Assembly: GCA_964016885.1 (NCBI GenBank)
Contig: OZ024740.1
Location: 113,770,001 to 113,834,000 of the forward strand
Direction: 5' to 3'
Source of the DNA: Eledone cirrhosa
Lineage: Eukaryota
Length of the DNA: 64,000 nucleotides
Positions 41,094 through 56,299 of the stretch are shown here, piece by piece (position 1 is the stretch's first letter; each line of letters begins with the position of its first letter). A program made the translations under genes and the position numbers. A model generated the notes under the pieces. That model was not told the DNA's origin. It ran no database searches and was given only the letters and a program-made list of their open reading frames with translations.

Positions 41094-44000
41094 TTACAGA
41101 TACGTACTCAGAGTAGGACAATTCACTCGGGCCATTCTTGCTTCTCCCACCCATCTTTCAACAAAATGCTGGGAAGAGAGCACTTCCCTCTCTACTCTGA
41201 TTTTCCTTTTCAAATGAAATTTGAAAAAGTTGATCAGGGCATCACCGAAGAAGTAAGTGCTCGTCTTCAGCCTTTTCAAACGTATCCACCATACTATCTC
41301 TTTCGCCATGGCCACCAGACAGATAAAAACTGCCTGCCCTTCCCGGCTAAAGGAAGAGGGCGGGGCAATCCTCACGATGGACTCAGATGATAGCTCGATC
41401 CGTCCTACAGGCGACAGCAGGTGTTCGACATAAACCCACAAGTCAGGAATTTTCGGACACTGGACGAGTGCGTGCAGGACAGTTTCGTCGCCCTGCGCGC
41501 ATCTCGGAGATGCCCGGCTGACGGCACCTCCATGCCTGTAGAGTTTATCCCGAACTGGCAAGGCTCCTCGGTAGCACTGCCAGGCCAGAGATTTCTGGAA
41601 GTTGTCCATAGGCCCTGGCCCGAAAGTTCTTCCGAAGAGATTGGCTAGTTGATTTTCGTCGACGCCTAGAGTTTCCCCAAGTACGTCGTCTCTCTTCCCC
41701 TCCACTAATCCTCTATAGAACGCCGAGGTGGAGTTTCCACCGATCACATTGCCCGATTGGTCGAGGGTTGTGAGCGCCTGAAGACATTCCAGTCTCCAGG
41801 CGCTCCCTCTCGGTCTTCGCTTGACCCAGGACTGCAGCTCCGTCAAGGAAACGAGCTGGGGAAATACGTGTCTAGCAAACCGCGACCACACCTGATCACC
41901 GTCGAGGAAGAGGTGGAGATGTCGTAGCCTGAGCGCGTGTCTGCGCATCATCAGCCACGGCATGCCCAGCCCTCCACGTAGCGGGTGTTGACAGCAGATG
42001 GACCGCCTGACCATCGGAGCGCGTCCCTTCCACAAAAAGCGAAAGAGCGAACGCTCCAGCGCAGTCAGGCGGGGCTTAGGACAAGGTACGACGGTCAGGC
42101 GGTAGCAGATGACAGACGCGATGTACACGTTAGCGACCTCCGCTCGACCTTTCAGGGATAGCTTCCTCTCCGCCCATTTCTGGGTGAGAGAAGCCACCCT
42201 TCTCGTCACCTCGTCCCATTTTTTGTCCGTCTGGAGGTCAGGACCGAACCAGACACCTAGCAATTTAACCGGTCCGTCCGTCCAGCGTCCGACGCTGTTG
42301 GACGGCATGGACCTGCCTCTCCAGGTGCCGAGCTGCAGGCCCACTGACTTTTCCTGGTTGATCATTGCTCCTGTCACCGCTTCGTATTCTCTTAGTGTAG
42401 TGCCGATCGCCTCGATGTGTTTGGCGTTCGACACCATAACGGTGACATCGTCCGCATATGCTGACACGGATCTTCCGCATCCTAGTTCGCGGAGGGACGC
42501 CCATCAACGTCTCCAGTTTATGCAGTAATGGCTCGAGAGTCAATACGTACAAGAGGAACGAGAGGGGACATCCTTGGCGGACCGAGCGCATGATGTTGAA
42601 CGGTTCCGAAAGGTGACCGTTCACTCTCACCACAGAAGATGGGCCCAGAGCCAGCCGCCCTCAGGACTGCCGCTAGGTAACGATGGTCGACCCTATCGAA
42701 AGCTTTCGACTGATCTAAATTGATCAAGGACCTACCCGTGCCAGGTTCCCTAGCTAGCCTCTCTACGATATATCGCATGAGGTGGAGGTTGTCGTGGATG
42801 GATCTGTCGGGAATGGCGCATGTCTGCGCCTCTCCCACCAGACCACCAACGACAAGCGCCAACCTCTTTGCTAGCACCTTGGTCAAAATCTTGAACTCTG
42901 TGTTTAGCAGAGTTATGGGCCTGAAATTATCTATGTTATCCTCCTTGTTCGGATCCTTTCTCAGCAGTGCCACCGCTCCTCGGCTCACAGAATTCTCCCG
43001 TTCTGTTTCCAGTTTCAGTAGACGTCCGCCAAGAGGCCTCCGAACAAATCTGGCATCTGTACGTAAAGTTCATAGGCCAGACGATTTACCCCTTGTGCAG
43101 CCAGTCATTGACTCCCGTATTTCAGCGGCTGTTATCGGCTTTTCGCAACACTCCGCCTCAGTGGCCGAGAGCCGCCGGCCCACCGCTGCCCCCGAACAGC
43201 TGAGCGAAGTGTCGCTGAAAAGCTTCACACATTTGCCCGGAATCGAGTAGCATGCGCCCGTCGTGGTCCACCAAAGACCGGATCGTGGCTTTTTGGCCAC
43301 GACGCGCCTCCGCCACTCAGGCCCATTGAATGGCTTTCGTCCCTTCGTATCTGAGAGCACGCACCCTAGCTCTGACAACGCAGGCTTCGTGCTTTGCATT
43401 GAAGAATTGGTCAAGGGCCAATTTTGCCGCAAGCTCGTCGGTCGCGATGCCTTTGCTAAGCGCCTCGTCTAATTTTCTAACTAGTTCTCCCTCTGCTCTA
43501 TTTTTCTCTATTGCTAAAGCCTTACTAAACCTAATGGATTCTATTCTAATCGCTCTTTTCAGAGCAAACCACCACTTGTTTTTGACGATGGCCCCCGTCA
43601 ACGCTCACTTAACTAGTTCGCTAATCCGGTCTCTGTATGCCTTGCGCGCTGGTAAGGACGCGTTTAGCTTCCAGTAGCCGGGTCCTCGTCTATGAAGCCT
43701 ATCTAAATCAAGCACACAGATCACGAATGTGTGGTCCGTATAGCTGACGATCTTGAATTGTGGACAGCCTATGCTAGACCTATCTATTTCCCTACAAAAT
43801 ACTCTATCTAGATATGATCTGTCTGGATGACCCTATGCGATTTGTCCAAGTCCACATTGGCACATTCGGGAAATCCAATCGGTACCTGTCAGACAGTTCA
43901 AAACGCCTGAGCAGGTTGGTGAGGCTCTTGCACCCTCCACTCCTATCCGCTAATCCCACACAGTCCCAGCGTGCATCTAAGATCCCGTTCCAGTCGCCCA

Positions 44001-44450
44001 CTAACACTAAAGAGCGGGATTTCCAAGAAAGTTCTCCAGACGCCGGAAGAAATCAGGCCGCCCTGCTCCTGTCGGGGCATAGACGGCCACTAGCCCGAAA
44101 GCTTTCCCGTCTCCGCTGGTCACGTCCAGCACCACCAACTTACCCTCTGGGTCCAGGAAAATGGCCCGTATGGCGAGATCCAAACCTCTCCGAAAAAGCA
44201 CAGCAACTCCTTCCCCCGATCCAGCACAGCTGGGAGATGCGTACACATCGTAGCCGCCGAAGATCGGTGCGAAGGCCCGTGCTTCGGAGATTCTGGTCTC
44301 GCTGATGGCCACTACATCTATGTTTAGTGACCTGAGGTCGTTGAGCAGGTGACCCTGCTTCCATGACGACCTCAAGCCACGCGCATTTATGCTGCCTATT
44401 CTGAGTAAGGTCATGTTTAAAATGGAGTGGAAAAAGATGTGAAACACCAC
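41094..44450 (-). pseudogene. LINE ORF2: AP endonuclease, reverse transcriptase, C-terminal zinc finger (frameshifted)
   Basis: GSINARGL, AISET, VAVYAP, LVGDWN, FRPITLLNTEFKILTKVLAKRL, LDQSKAFDRVDH, SVRQGCPLS, YADD, PRCAQGDETVLHALVQC, spread over at least 7 frame segments. Confidence 0.92.
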
Positions 44451-44605
44451 ATACCGTACTTTTCGTAGAGGAAGGATGGTTTATCCATCCCTTTTCACTT
44501 GATCGTCTTGTGAAGGGACCGTTGAATCATCCTTTCGGCTGGTCGTCGGCTCTTCTATGAGTATGTCCGAATATACTCTCCGGTTGAGAGTCCCTCCTAG
44601 GTCTC

Positions 44606-46618
44606 TCAAATCACCAACTGCTTTGGGGATTTCGTTTTAATGTTTGTGTATTGTTTCTGTGCTATTTTTACCAGTCTTATGTTCGTTGGCGTTTTGATTG
44701 GTGCTGGTATTATGTAGTCGTGATGTGAAATGTCTGTGTGTTCAATTATGTAAGTCATTAGTTTCTTGTTGTGTGTATTTATTGCCGTGCATTTGTTTTT
44801 CTGGGGGTGGGGTGTGGTTCTGCTATTTTCTTGTCGTTGTTGCTGGGTGTGTGTGTTTTGTTGTTGTGTTTGCGATGTTGGTACTTGTGGTGGTGGTGTT
44901 GAAGGTGTTGTTGTTGTTGGCGGTGGGGTTGTCGCCGGTGGTGATGGTGGTGCTAGTGTGGGTGCTGATGGTGTTGGTGGTGTTGCTGCTGTGAGTCTCT
45001 TTGCAGTAGCCTTTACAATTTTAGTATTTCTTTCCTCCCTTTTCGAAGGCGACGATGCGCTGCTTCTGCGTTTGTGCCTTCTTGCGAGCTTTTTACATCC
45101 CTCTCCCACCTCACACTCCATGTCCGATTCTGTGCGATCGGGGAGGCGCACCAGCTCCACTCTTTCCCTTGTTGTTGTTGGTGATGTTTGCACTGGAGTC
45201 TCTGTTGCAGCTGCATTTGGTATTATTGTTGTTGTTGTTAAAAGTCCACTGTTGCTGCTGTTCTTGATTTCCGTGGCCTGGGCATGGGTGCCACGGACCT
45301 ATCGTTCCTGGTTGCCGCTTGTCCTATTGCTGGTAGCCGTGGTGCCGGTTTCGGAAGGAGGGTTTTTCTCCTTTCTCAGGGTCTTCTCGTTGCAGAAGGC
45401 CCTGAGGTGAGTCTTCGATCCACAGCGAAAGCATTTCGGGCGTTTGCCCTCAACACATATGGGCAGTTGAGTGCCGTTATCGAAGTCTATCACATCCGGG
45501 ATAGCTTCGATGCACTCCTGGTTGGTTTGGATTAACATCTCAATGGAGGTACCGACCTAATCTTCTCTTACTTTTTTCTGTACTTGCAGTACAGTTGTTT
45601 TGTCCTCGATTCCGACGAGGACAGACGCGACCAGGCAAGAAGGGGCCATCCGGGGGGAGGGGGGCATGGGTCAGTTTGACCCTCACAATTTTTTGCCCGC
45701 AGTAGGGGGCACCAACACCATTTCCTCGCTCCTTAGGGTCACTAAGGATTGAGCCTTTTCCTACTGTGGTGTGGCAAAAAGCACGTCTACGGTGACATAT
45801 TTCTTGCCTCGGGTGATATGCGTTTTCCGCTGCCACACAGACCCTAAGGCTTTTTGTATTTGAGCCTCTGTGGCTCTTTCAACCCTACGGGATTTCGTGC
45901 TTACTGTACGGTACGTGACTGTACAGTGCTGTTGGGTTTCTAAAATTTTTTCGGCTGACTTGCAGATTGCTCAGTGTCCGGTTTTCGTCACCATCTTCTT
46001 CGCTTCCTGTAATTCCTCATTTGTTATGAGGATGGTTTCCAGGTTCTTTGCGATACCTGCAAACGAGATTGGTTTTTCTTTGCTGCTGTTGTTGTTGTTA
46101 TTGTTGTCGTCAGAGCTGCTGTTACTTTTGTTGTTGCTGTAGGTACTACGACTACTGTCGCCGCCGCTGTTGCTGTGGTTGTTGCTGTTGTTGCTGCTGC
46201 TGCTGTTGTTGTTGCTGCTAATGCTGTTGTTGTTTATGCTGCTGCTGATGATGTTTCGGCTGCTACTGTAGTTTTCCATGTCACTGTTGCTGCTGCTGCT
46301 GTTATTACGGCTGCTACTGTTATTATTCATGACGTCAGACGAATGAAATGGGTTTTCGTATTTACCGCACACCTTTTTCGTCAATGTCGTCGTCGTGGAG
46401 AAATGTTCCATGATTTTCACGTGATTTTTCTTGACTGGCGTCGCTTGCGAAAGAGAAGAGAGGGAGAGAGACACATTTAGAGAAGGGAGGGAGAGAGACA
46501 ATTTTCTCTCTGCTGTAGTGACGATTGGGAAAGAAGAAGGCGGAATGAGTGGGAGTGACCTATGAAAATTCTTTTTCGTGGCCATGTTTTTTTTTTGTTT
46601 AAAATAAATATTGGGCAC
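44606..46618 (-). pseudogene. LINE ORF1 (gag-like, CCHC knuckle, low-complexity termini), disrupted
   Basis: CFRCGSKTHLRAFC zinc knuckle near 45400; Asn/Ser-rich N-terminus and Pro/Thr-rich C-terminus; lies upstream of ORF2. Confidence 0.7.
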
Positions 46619-46987
46619 AAAACCCCAATAAGCGGTTATTTAACCCCGAAGGGCCAAATAACGGGCAGAAAGACCCCTCTCGCGAGGAGGAGGGTGTTTT
46701 TGTCTACAATTTGGTTAAAGTTTAAACAATTTACAATTGTTATAGCGGTCAAAATTTACAATACCTTACAGAGCCGAGCCTCCGTCAACCATGGCATTCA
46801 ATAATAATAATAATAATAATGGAAATAGCAGGTGCACCAATGTTAATGATAGGCGGAACAACAACAACTACCACAGCAAAAACAAGAGACGTAACAATAC
46901 AGGTAACAACTAGAATGGTAGAAATAGCAGTAACAACAACAATAACAATGAAGAGAACAACAACAATACATTTAATGACCCTCCCCA

Positions 46988-47112
<125 letters not shown>

Positions 47113-47130
47113 AAAACTAATTCATCGCCG

Positions 47131-47192
<62 letters not shown>

Positions 47193-47205
47193 CTGTGTGT
47201 GTGTG

Positions 47206-47236
<31 letters not shown>

Positions 47237-47298
47237 GTCTCTCTCTCTCTCTCTCTCCCTCTCTCTCTGTATATATATATATACGTATATATTTATAT

Positions 47299-47333
<35 letters not shown>

Positions 47334-47393
47334 CGTATATATATATATATAAATATATATATATATGTGTGTGTGTATGTATGTATATATATG

Positions 47394-47426
<33 letters not shown>

Positions 47427-47431
47427 ATGTA

Positions 47432-47506
<75 letters not shown>

Positions 47507-47689
47507 GTATGTATATACACACAGAATAATTCATACTGATCTTCTATAGGTTGTAAGATTGAGATCAATGGACAATGAGAATATTTATGCCATGTCATTC
47601 AATACTTCTCTGTAAAACTAAACTATCTATGAGGGCACAGAGGTCGATAGTGATGATAAATTTGAGGATTGTTATGGTGCTGGTGGTTT

Positions 47690-48130
47690 TACTAGAGTTA
47701 GTGTTGCTGGGGGAGAGGTGCAGACGAGAGTGGGTAGTAGTGGTGCTGCTGCTGATGGTGGTGGTGTTGGTGTTGGTGTTGATGTTGGTGCTGCTGCTGA
47801 AGCTGGTGGTGGTGTATTCGTCGTCCACGTTGTCATGTCGTTGGTAGTGTGATGCTGGTTGTAGTGATGGCGGTGGTGGTGGTGTTGGTGCTGCTGCTGA
47901 TGATGATGGTGGTGGGGTATTCGTCGTCCACGTTGTCATGCCGTTAGTAGTGTGGTGCTGGTGGTAGTGGTGGTGGTGGTGTTGGTGCTGCTGCTGATGC
48001 TGGTGGTGGTGTATTCGTCGTCCACGTTGTCATGCTGGTGGAGGTGATCTTGGGGTGTTCGTCGTCCTCGTCGTCTAGCCGTGGAAAGTGGGGTGGTGGT
48101 GGTGATGGTGCTGTTGCTAGTGTTGTTGCT
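47690..48130. repeat. GGT/GCT-rich compound repeat with a recurring 24-mer
   Basis: gtattcgtcgtccacgttgtcatg occurs near 47813, 47917 and 48011. Confidence 0.8.
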
Positions 48131-48698
48131 TCTGGTGGAGAGGATGTGGCGTTGTAGTGTCGCTATTGCTGATGGTGTTACCGATGGACGTCATGCGGCT
48201 GATAGTAGTTATGGTGGTTGCTTTTATGGTCGTGATGGTTTAAAATTTAAACCATCACGACCATAAAAGCAGTCACCATATCTAATAACATTAATAAACA
48301 ACATCACAATCGCAAAAGCAACAACACCGCCATCACCAACAACAGCAACACTACTATTCCACCATCATTTAAACTTTAAATGATGGTGGAAACAGTAGTG
48401 ATGTTGTTTATTAATGTTATTTTGTGTGGGTTGGGAGTGTCGATATCGTTTATGATAGTGATAATGATGATATTCTTGACATTGGTGATGGTCTTAATAG
48501 GGATGGTGAGGATGATGTTATGGTAGTAATGAAGATGGTAATAATGGTAAGGGGTATGGTAGAAAAGATGGTGGTTGCTTTTGTGGTTATGATGGTAGGA
48601 TCATAGTGGTAACGATGTTACTTGTGTTTGCAATAATATTATTGGTATTACTAAGCGATATACCAATATATAGGAAATAAATAATTTTCTATATAGAT

Positions 48699-48845
48699 AA
48701 TTGTTTCTACTTTTGGCACAAAGCCAGCAATTAACCAGTGCATTACTGGTACTTTATTTTATCGACCCCGTAAGGATGAAAGGCAAAGTTAACCTTGGCC
48801 GGATTTGAACTCGGATCATAAAGGGGCGTAACTCTTAGCTGTTAA
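48699..48845 (-). mobile_element. SINE copy
   Basis: Reverse complement of the 35092-35222 sequence. Confidence 0.85.
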
Positions 48846-49853
48846 GCATAGCGTCCGTATTTTCTATATAGATAATAAACACAACCACAAGGAAATGGTC
48901 CGAACGTGGAAGAGCGGAACTCCCACTGGCATCGTCTCCATCTCTCTCGCCCTGCCCATCTCTCTGTATGGTAAGCAAATGGGGTCCCACGTGCTGGCGT
49001 CCCCACAGCCACGGCGGACAGAATGGAGAAGGCGTTTACCCGGAGGATGGTAAGGGAGATGCGCTGGAAGAGCCATTCCATCTGGTGATGGATTGGTGAT
49101 TTCCTTAATGGAGACTATGTATTTGGGCTTACTTGTTTCATTCATGGTGGTAATGTGGCTGGTACGAATGCTAACGGAGCGGGAAGGTGTATAGTTGTAA
49201 GTTTAGGATGTTATACCTGTGAACGTGGCGATGTGGATAATTGGGGTAGTAATATACATTCGTGTTGATGTCGATGCTTGTGATGTTGATGTTTTTGGTA
49301 ATGAGGATAATGGTGAATATGATAGTAATGTTTATTATAAAAGGAATCGTATTGATAGGTGTCTGCCACAAATCCCTAACATTCATGCAAAGTTATGGTT
49401 ACGATGATGGCAATGACGTTTGCTTCTAATTAACCAAAAAAGCCAGTAGTTTCGAAGCGGAAAGAAACTCAATTAAATGATCCTCATTACTTGACCGCTT
49501 TGCAATTTTCGTTCCGGATCTCTGTCCTTTACGGCAAGTCCAATATACCTTCTATCATTTCGAGTTCGATAAAATAAGTAACATATTACTGGAGTCGATT
49601 CCCTCTGTATATCACTTTCTCATTTAATCTATCTTCGCCCTTTCTTTGCCTCTCTTTATTTTGTTCTCTGGAGTTTAGACCTGGAATAGAGACGGGCTCC
49701 GGTTTATCTAAAAATACCCAAGACACGTCATAGGCTACGATAGCGGCCCTGCAATTCCATCAGGAGGTATGGATCCATTCATAAATATGAACAATTCTAT
49801 CAATCAAACAATAATTGTTTCTACATTTGGCACAAGGCCAAACAATAATAAAA

Positions 49854-50292
49854 ATGATTTCTGTATTAAGCACACAGGTTACCACACAGCATAGCATTGA
49901 GGACATTAAGGACAGCACGGGACGGTAGAAATGGGCAATTTTGCGTTTAAAAACAAAAACATAAAACATAAACAAAGGATGTGACAAAAAAGGAAAATTA
50001 CCCTATAGAGAGGTGACTTCTGAGTGTCATTCGTGGAGAAAGCCCACAAAAAAAGCCACGGTGACCTTGACCACCAGAGCAAGTACCCTCTTCCAATTTT
50101 CCACCTTTAATCTGAAGGCGCATATTCAGAGCAGGCCCATTTAGATAGGCCATGCTCGCCTCTCTCCCCCATCTCTACACAAAATGTTGAGAAAGGAGCA
50201 CTTCCCTCTCCATCCTGATTTTCCTTTTCAAATTAAATTTGAAAAGGTTAATCAGGGCTTCGTCAACGATCTCTTTTGCCATGGCCACCAGG
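49854..50292 (-). mobile_element. 5'-truncated 3' fragment of a related Tx1/L1 LINE
   Basis: Similar to 40842-41318; encodes LVAMAKEIV..DEALINLFKFNLKRKIRMEREVLLSQHFV. Confidence 0.85.
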
Positions 50293-50781
50293 ATCTGGTA
50301 CTCGGATGTCCGCTCCACTCGGCGTGTGTTTATGCTAATTGTACGTATGATACTGCACATAGCCGGCGGTGTTCCATGGTGTTTGATGGACAATAATAAC
50401 GCGTTTAATCCTATTGCGGACTATCTCGGTCTACTGGCATTTGACATTATTGTGTAGAGTCTGTTGTGGACAATTATTAACCAATACTTTGTAACTAGAA
50501 TTTTATACAAACGAGCTAAAGTTTAAAACATTTTTTCGTTATGAACCCACGCTCGGACACCTATTCCCATACACATACCCACACATACATACATTCATAC
50601 ACGACACTCACACACACATGCACATAAACATACATATATTAGTGAGTATATTTACAGCAATATTAGTGTCTATATATACACCTATCTATATTTATGTATG
50701 TGTTTATATATGTGTATGGAAATGGGTGCGAATATGTGACTTTCTGTTGGAAAAAGCATCTACACACACATGCACACGCAT

Positions 50782-50863
<82 letters not shown>

Positions 50864-51023
50864 TGTATGTGTGTGCGTTTGGATGATTGTTTGGGTGTGT
50901 GTGTAGGTAGGTTTGAATGTATGAGTGAGGGGGTTGTTCTTGCCGGTATGAAAATCACTTTAGAAGTCAGGGAGCAAATTAGTAGGTAAATAACAAGAGA
51001 TTGACATGTTAAAAGCTTCTTGC

Positions 51024-51800
<777 letters not shown>

Positions 51801-52200
51801 ACAACCATAGATCAATCAGTAACAGAAATGATCACGGAAGCAGCAGTCAGTAGGCGACAGCAATAACTACATCGTTACCGTCGCCTAATAATATGTCTTT
51901 ATATTCTTTGTAATTCCTTAATACACTACAAGAATTTATTGATTCCTAAAGAAGTCAAAGTGCTTAGAAGTCTCTATTGGATATTGTCGGCTCTCATTTT
52001 TATTATATTTTACAACGTAATTGTAGTTGTTGTAAAGATGGAAGAGCTAAAAAAACATATTGTTTCAATTACTTACACGTATTGATATTTTCCTCGATTT
52101 CCAAAATTTGTTCATGCGTATGAATGAACACATAACCATCCTGCATTCAGTTTTGGCACTTTAGGTATACTTACCTAAAGATTTATCTTCATACATCCAT

Positions 52201-52237
<37 letters not shown>

Positions 52238-52274
52238 GAGAGAGAGAGAGAGAGTGTGAGAGAGAGGAGGAGGA

Positions 52275-52386
<112 letters not shown>

Positions 52387-55300
52387 ATGCTGTTCGCTCC
52401 AACATAGCTGTTACATAGTATGTAAAGTTTGTATATCGTATAATATACGATATGTTTACGAATTAACATTTGAAAGCCTTTAGCTGTGGAATTTAAAAAG
52501 TTGTGACAGAGTGTCAGCAACCGGGTTCCATCAACTGCAAGGGGTAGTTACCGACGCCTTTTTCTGGTTTATCGGTCGTTATCAAGGTAATGCATCCTTC
52601 TACATCGATTCCTGTTGCAACTCAAAATAAGCGCAAACATATAGTTTTAACGCTAATGTATATGGGCTGATTGTCTTTATTTGCATAGCCAGATATAAGC
52701 TACCTCGGCCTGAAGAAGAAATATAATTAAGATGTTTGATCCATCGTAGTTGTATAAATATACGTATGTAAAGTTTATATACTAGATAATATACGATAAG
52801 TTTACGAATAAATATTTGAAGGTTTTTAGGTAGTAGCCCTTGCTTCTGCTGGAACTCGATAGGTGGCGCCCTGCGAATACTCATTTTTAATTTATAACTA
52901 AATGTTTTCAACTTTTTTCAATGTTTTCAACTTTTCGCATTATCCCATATTTAAACTTTACATACTTATATACACACAGCTATGTTGGAGAAAACACTTC
53001 AAATCTATGTTTGGTTCTGGCCAAGCCAGCCTACAGCTCCGTATGCAAACGAGACTAATCAGCCCATATACATGAGCGTTAAAACTATTGTCATAGAAGA
53101 GATATTTTATTCCAGAGGAAGTTTCTTGTCCTATTCCTCTTGACTTGCGACATTTGAAGTAAATAGTCATTAATTAATACGATAGTCAATTTATTAGTCG
53201 TTAATGTGTCAATATATTTTCCGGCTTTTTGTTTTTAATCTGAGTTCAAATCAGACCACGTTCAAGATCATATTTCATCCTTTCGGGTTGAATAACTAAA
53301 ATAACAGTCAATGGATGGACTCGCTTTTCCCCACTTTATATTTTTAATGCTAAGATTTCACTTAATGTTTGTTCAAAGGTTTTTGACATCTAATATCAGA
53401 GCAGATTAATTTGTTTCAACATCGTAAATGTGATGTAACTAGAACATTGTGTCTCAGAACTTCCGTCTTACTAAAAGGTTTACGCCACAATTATATAAGA
53501 AGTTAGCAAATGTAAGGTTTTATACATAGTTAAAATCTCATTTGCTGTATGTTGTTTTGCGTAAATGTGCACATTCAAAATAGATTTATTAATACCAACT
53601 GCATTATGTTTGTTTAACCATTAATGGGAAATTGAATGCCCAGTTATGATTATTTAAAGGTTGTTAAGAGGTTGCTTCTATCTGCATAAATGTAACTATT
53701 AATAAATGATTTATTGAATTTATTCTTCTGTAGAAATTTGTTTTTAGTTCAAAACATCTATTGATATACTACATAACCAGGCTAATATATGCAGTTTGAT
53801 TTATATATCAGAATTGTTTTCTCACCAAACAAGCGTTGATTTTGCATATGTGCAGGAAGCATTTAACTGAAAATTATATGTATTTATATTCGGCCAAAAT
53901 CTGTGAAACATGCTAATTGGAGAGAATTTATTTAACAAAATAAATAATAGATAATAAAGCTAATAGCTATTTATTTATGTATGTATATGTTTATTTATTA
54001 CAACATGCCCCTTAAGATATACTATTTCTACATTTATACACACATATATATTTATTAGACCAGTTGATCAGCAAAGGAACTATTAGATGCCGTCGCATTT
54101 GGGCGGATAGGCTTTATGCATATCGTGTTAGGTAAAGTCTGATATAGTCTTTCATTGACATGCAACTGTGATTAATTATACGTTCAACTTCACAGCATAA
54201 TTACAAGAAAATCGAATATTCATTGAAATTAAAGCTATGAATATATGTTTAAAATAGAATTAACAGCTATTGGATATTAATGCAATAATACAATAAACTA
54301 TAATATTAGTTGTACATTCATGTTTAACACCGATTTTGCTAATATAATACAATAAACTATAATATAAGTTGTACATTCTTTGGAAGATTGTGTCTGCAAG
54401 CAAAATGAACCACACCAAAACTCTCCGAAAATGCTATTTAGGTGTATGATCATATTCCTTTCACAATTTCCCATTCTCTCTGCCTCACCGTCTCTTTACA
54501 TATGTACATGTGTATATAGATATTAACAACATATGCACACACACTCATAGATTTATGTACAGGCATTTATCAGAATGTATAACAATAAAGCAGACTATAT
54601 GAAATACGACGAGGAATAAGGCTTATCCATATAATGGTGAGATGATGAAATAGTTATATATCGAAAGGTTAAATGGGATTTGTGGGTGATTGTTTTATTT
54701 GTCAAGTTTTGGAAATGAACTCCAAGAACCTAATATTGTTATTAATTGTACTATCCGCAGAGGTTATTTTATATATACATAATCCATTTTGTAACACATT
54801 GCATTAAGCTGTTGATGCTCCAGTATTCAATATGTAAAGGACGTTGGTGTCTGTGGACAGGCGATAATGTAAAGGCCAGAAGAATTTTTATATATATATA
54901 TATATATATACAAAAATGTACAGATAACCCCCCGCCCCACTCATATATATATCATAATTGTTTTATTTTTGTTTATATATATATATATATATACAAATAT
55001 ACAAACATACAGATGTATATACAATGTATAATTATACAAATATATATATATATATAATCATAATATATTTATGTTTACATATGTACACTGGTGTGACATC
55101 ATCGGATATAAACACAATTATGTGATATGTAGCAGGAAAACGCTTCCGTGTTTGCCAAAGCCCGGTGAACATATGAGTAGTCATTTGACGGTTACTATTG
55201 TATTGATCGCATAACAGCTCCTCACTGATGTGATTGAAATACGTTCTATCCAATAGATAAAATTATGAAATATCTGTCTAAAAGTTAATTTCATGCATAG

Positions 55301-56244
55301 AAACACTGTTGCGTTTGATCTGCACCGTAATGCTGGATAGATATGATTGATGTTGAGTGGTCTTACCTGATTGCACCTGTTCATCAATGAGACATTGCGC
55401 AAGGCACCACGTGCATATAAGCGACACAGTAATTAGCAACTATATATATATATATGAGGGAAAACAAGGTGTTAGCTCTGTATTAGTGAGAAATACAGGA
55501 TATTACAGAGCTTGAAATCAGCCAACAGATATCTAAACAGTAAGACGAAGGTGTTCAGAAAATGCCCGCTATGAAAGCACACCAATCAGAAACTAACCTA
55601 CAACCACCTTAGATACAACATCAGGCGGCATATACTTACAAACAAACGTACATATATAATATGTTTCCCATACAAAAATTAGCATATGACATTACTATTA
55701 ATAAGTAATTTCACAGACTCTTTCCCATAACTTGGGAATACAATTTAACTCACTCGATATGCAAATTAGGCTGCTCAGCCATTAATATGCATAAGGAAAG
55801 TATATACTTTCAAACGTTCAATCAACTAACAGAAACGTATACGAGGCTGATGACAGCTAATAAGCTAGAAACTAGTTCATCGTTCCTTTGTCAGTGTTGA
55901 ACAAAATGGCAACGATGGTTGCCGAACACTGTACGGCTAATAATTTGGGCTGTTTGTTTACATATATGTATGTACGTATACATACTTATATTTAAGTATC
56001 AGACTTACTAAGAGTGAGAAATTAAATTTCCTTTTTTCCATTTATATATATATACATATATATATAGTTATGCATAACTATTAAGCTCTGTTACCTACAT
56101 AGATCACTCCTTTTTCCTGGACTTTTCCGACGGAATTACTTCATTCATACATATATATATATATATACAAAGTATGTATACGTACATACATATATTGATA
56201 CAGACGTACAGTAGAATGTATATATATATATACATACATGCACA

Positions 56245-56299
<55 letters not shown>

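Larger units (their letters stand above)
40842..46799 (-). mobile_element. Tx1/L1-type non-LTR retrotransposon, near full length (~6 kb), degenerate
   Basis: ORF1 plus ORF2 (APE, RT, zinc finger); 3' end AATAAAgaaatc followed by (ATT)n; (AAT)6-7 on both flanks. Confidence 0.9.
40503..46987 (+). mobile_element. PLE fragment (40503-40841 plus 46800-46987) related to the 10663-14444 element, split by the LINE
   Basis: 40503-40549 matches 14354-14395. About 40585-40690 encodes HTLNIYGNTITSVEEEQILQLPP..IEKSFSKIRF versus HTVNIYGNTLISEQEQQILQLPP..LEKCFTKIRW. The Asn-rich tract continues after 46800. Confidence 0.75.

Noticed and set aside
42109-45410. Plus-strand ORFs overlapping the LINE (likewise those over the Gypsy and PLE)
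   Set aside because: Antisense shadows of retroelement coding sequence.
47813-48080. Spaced 24-bp repeats resembling a CRISPR array
   Set aside because: Spacers are related simple repeats, the context is eukaryotic, and there are no cas genes.
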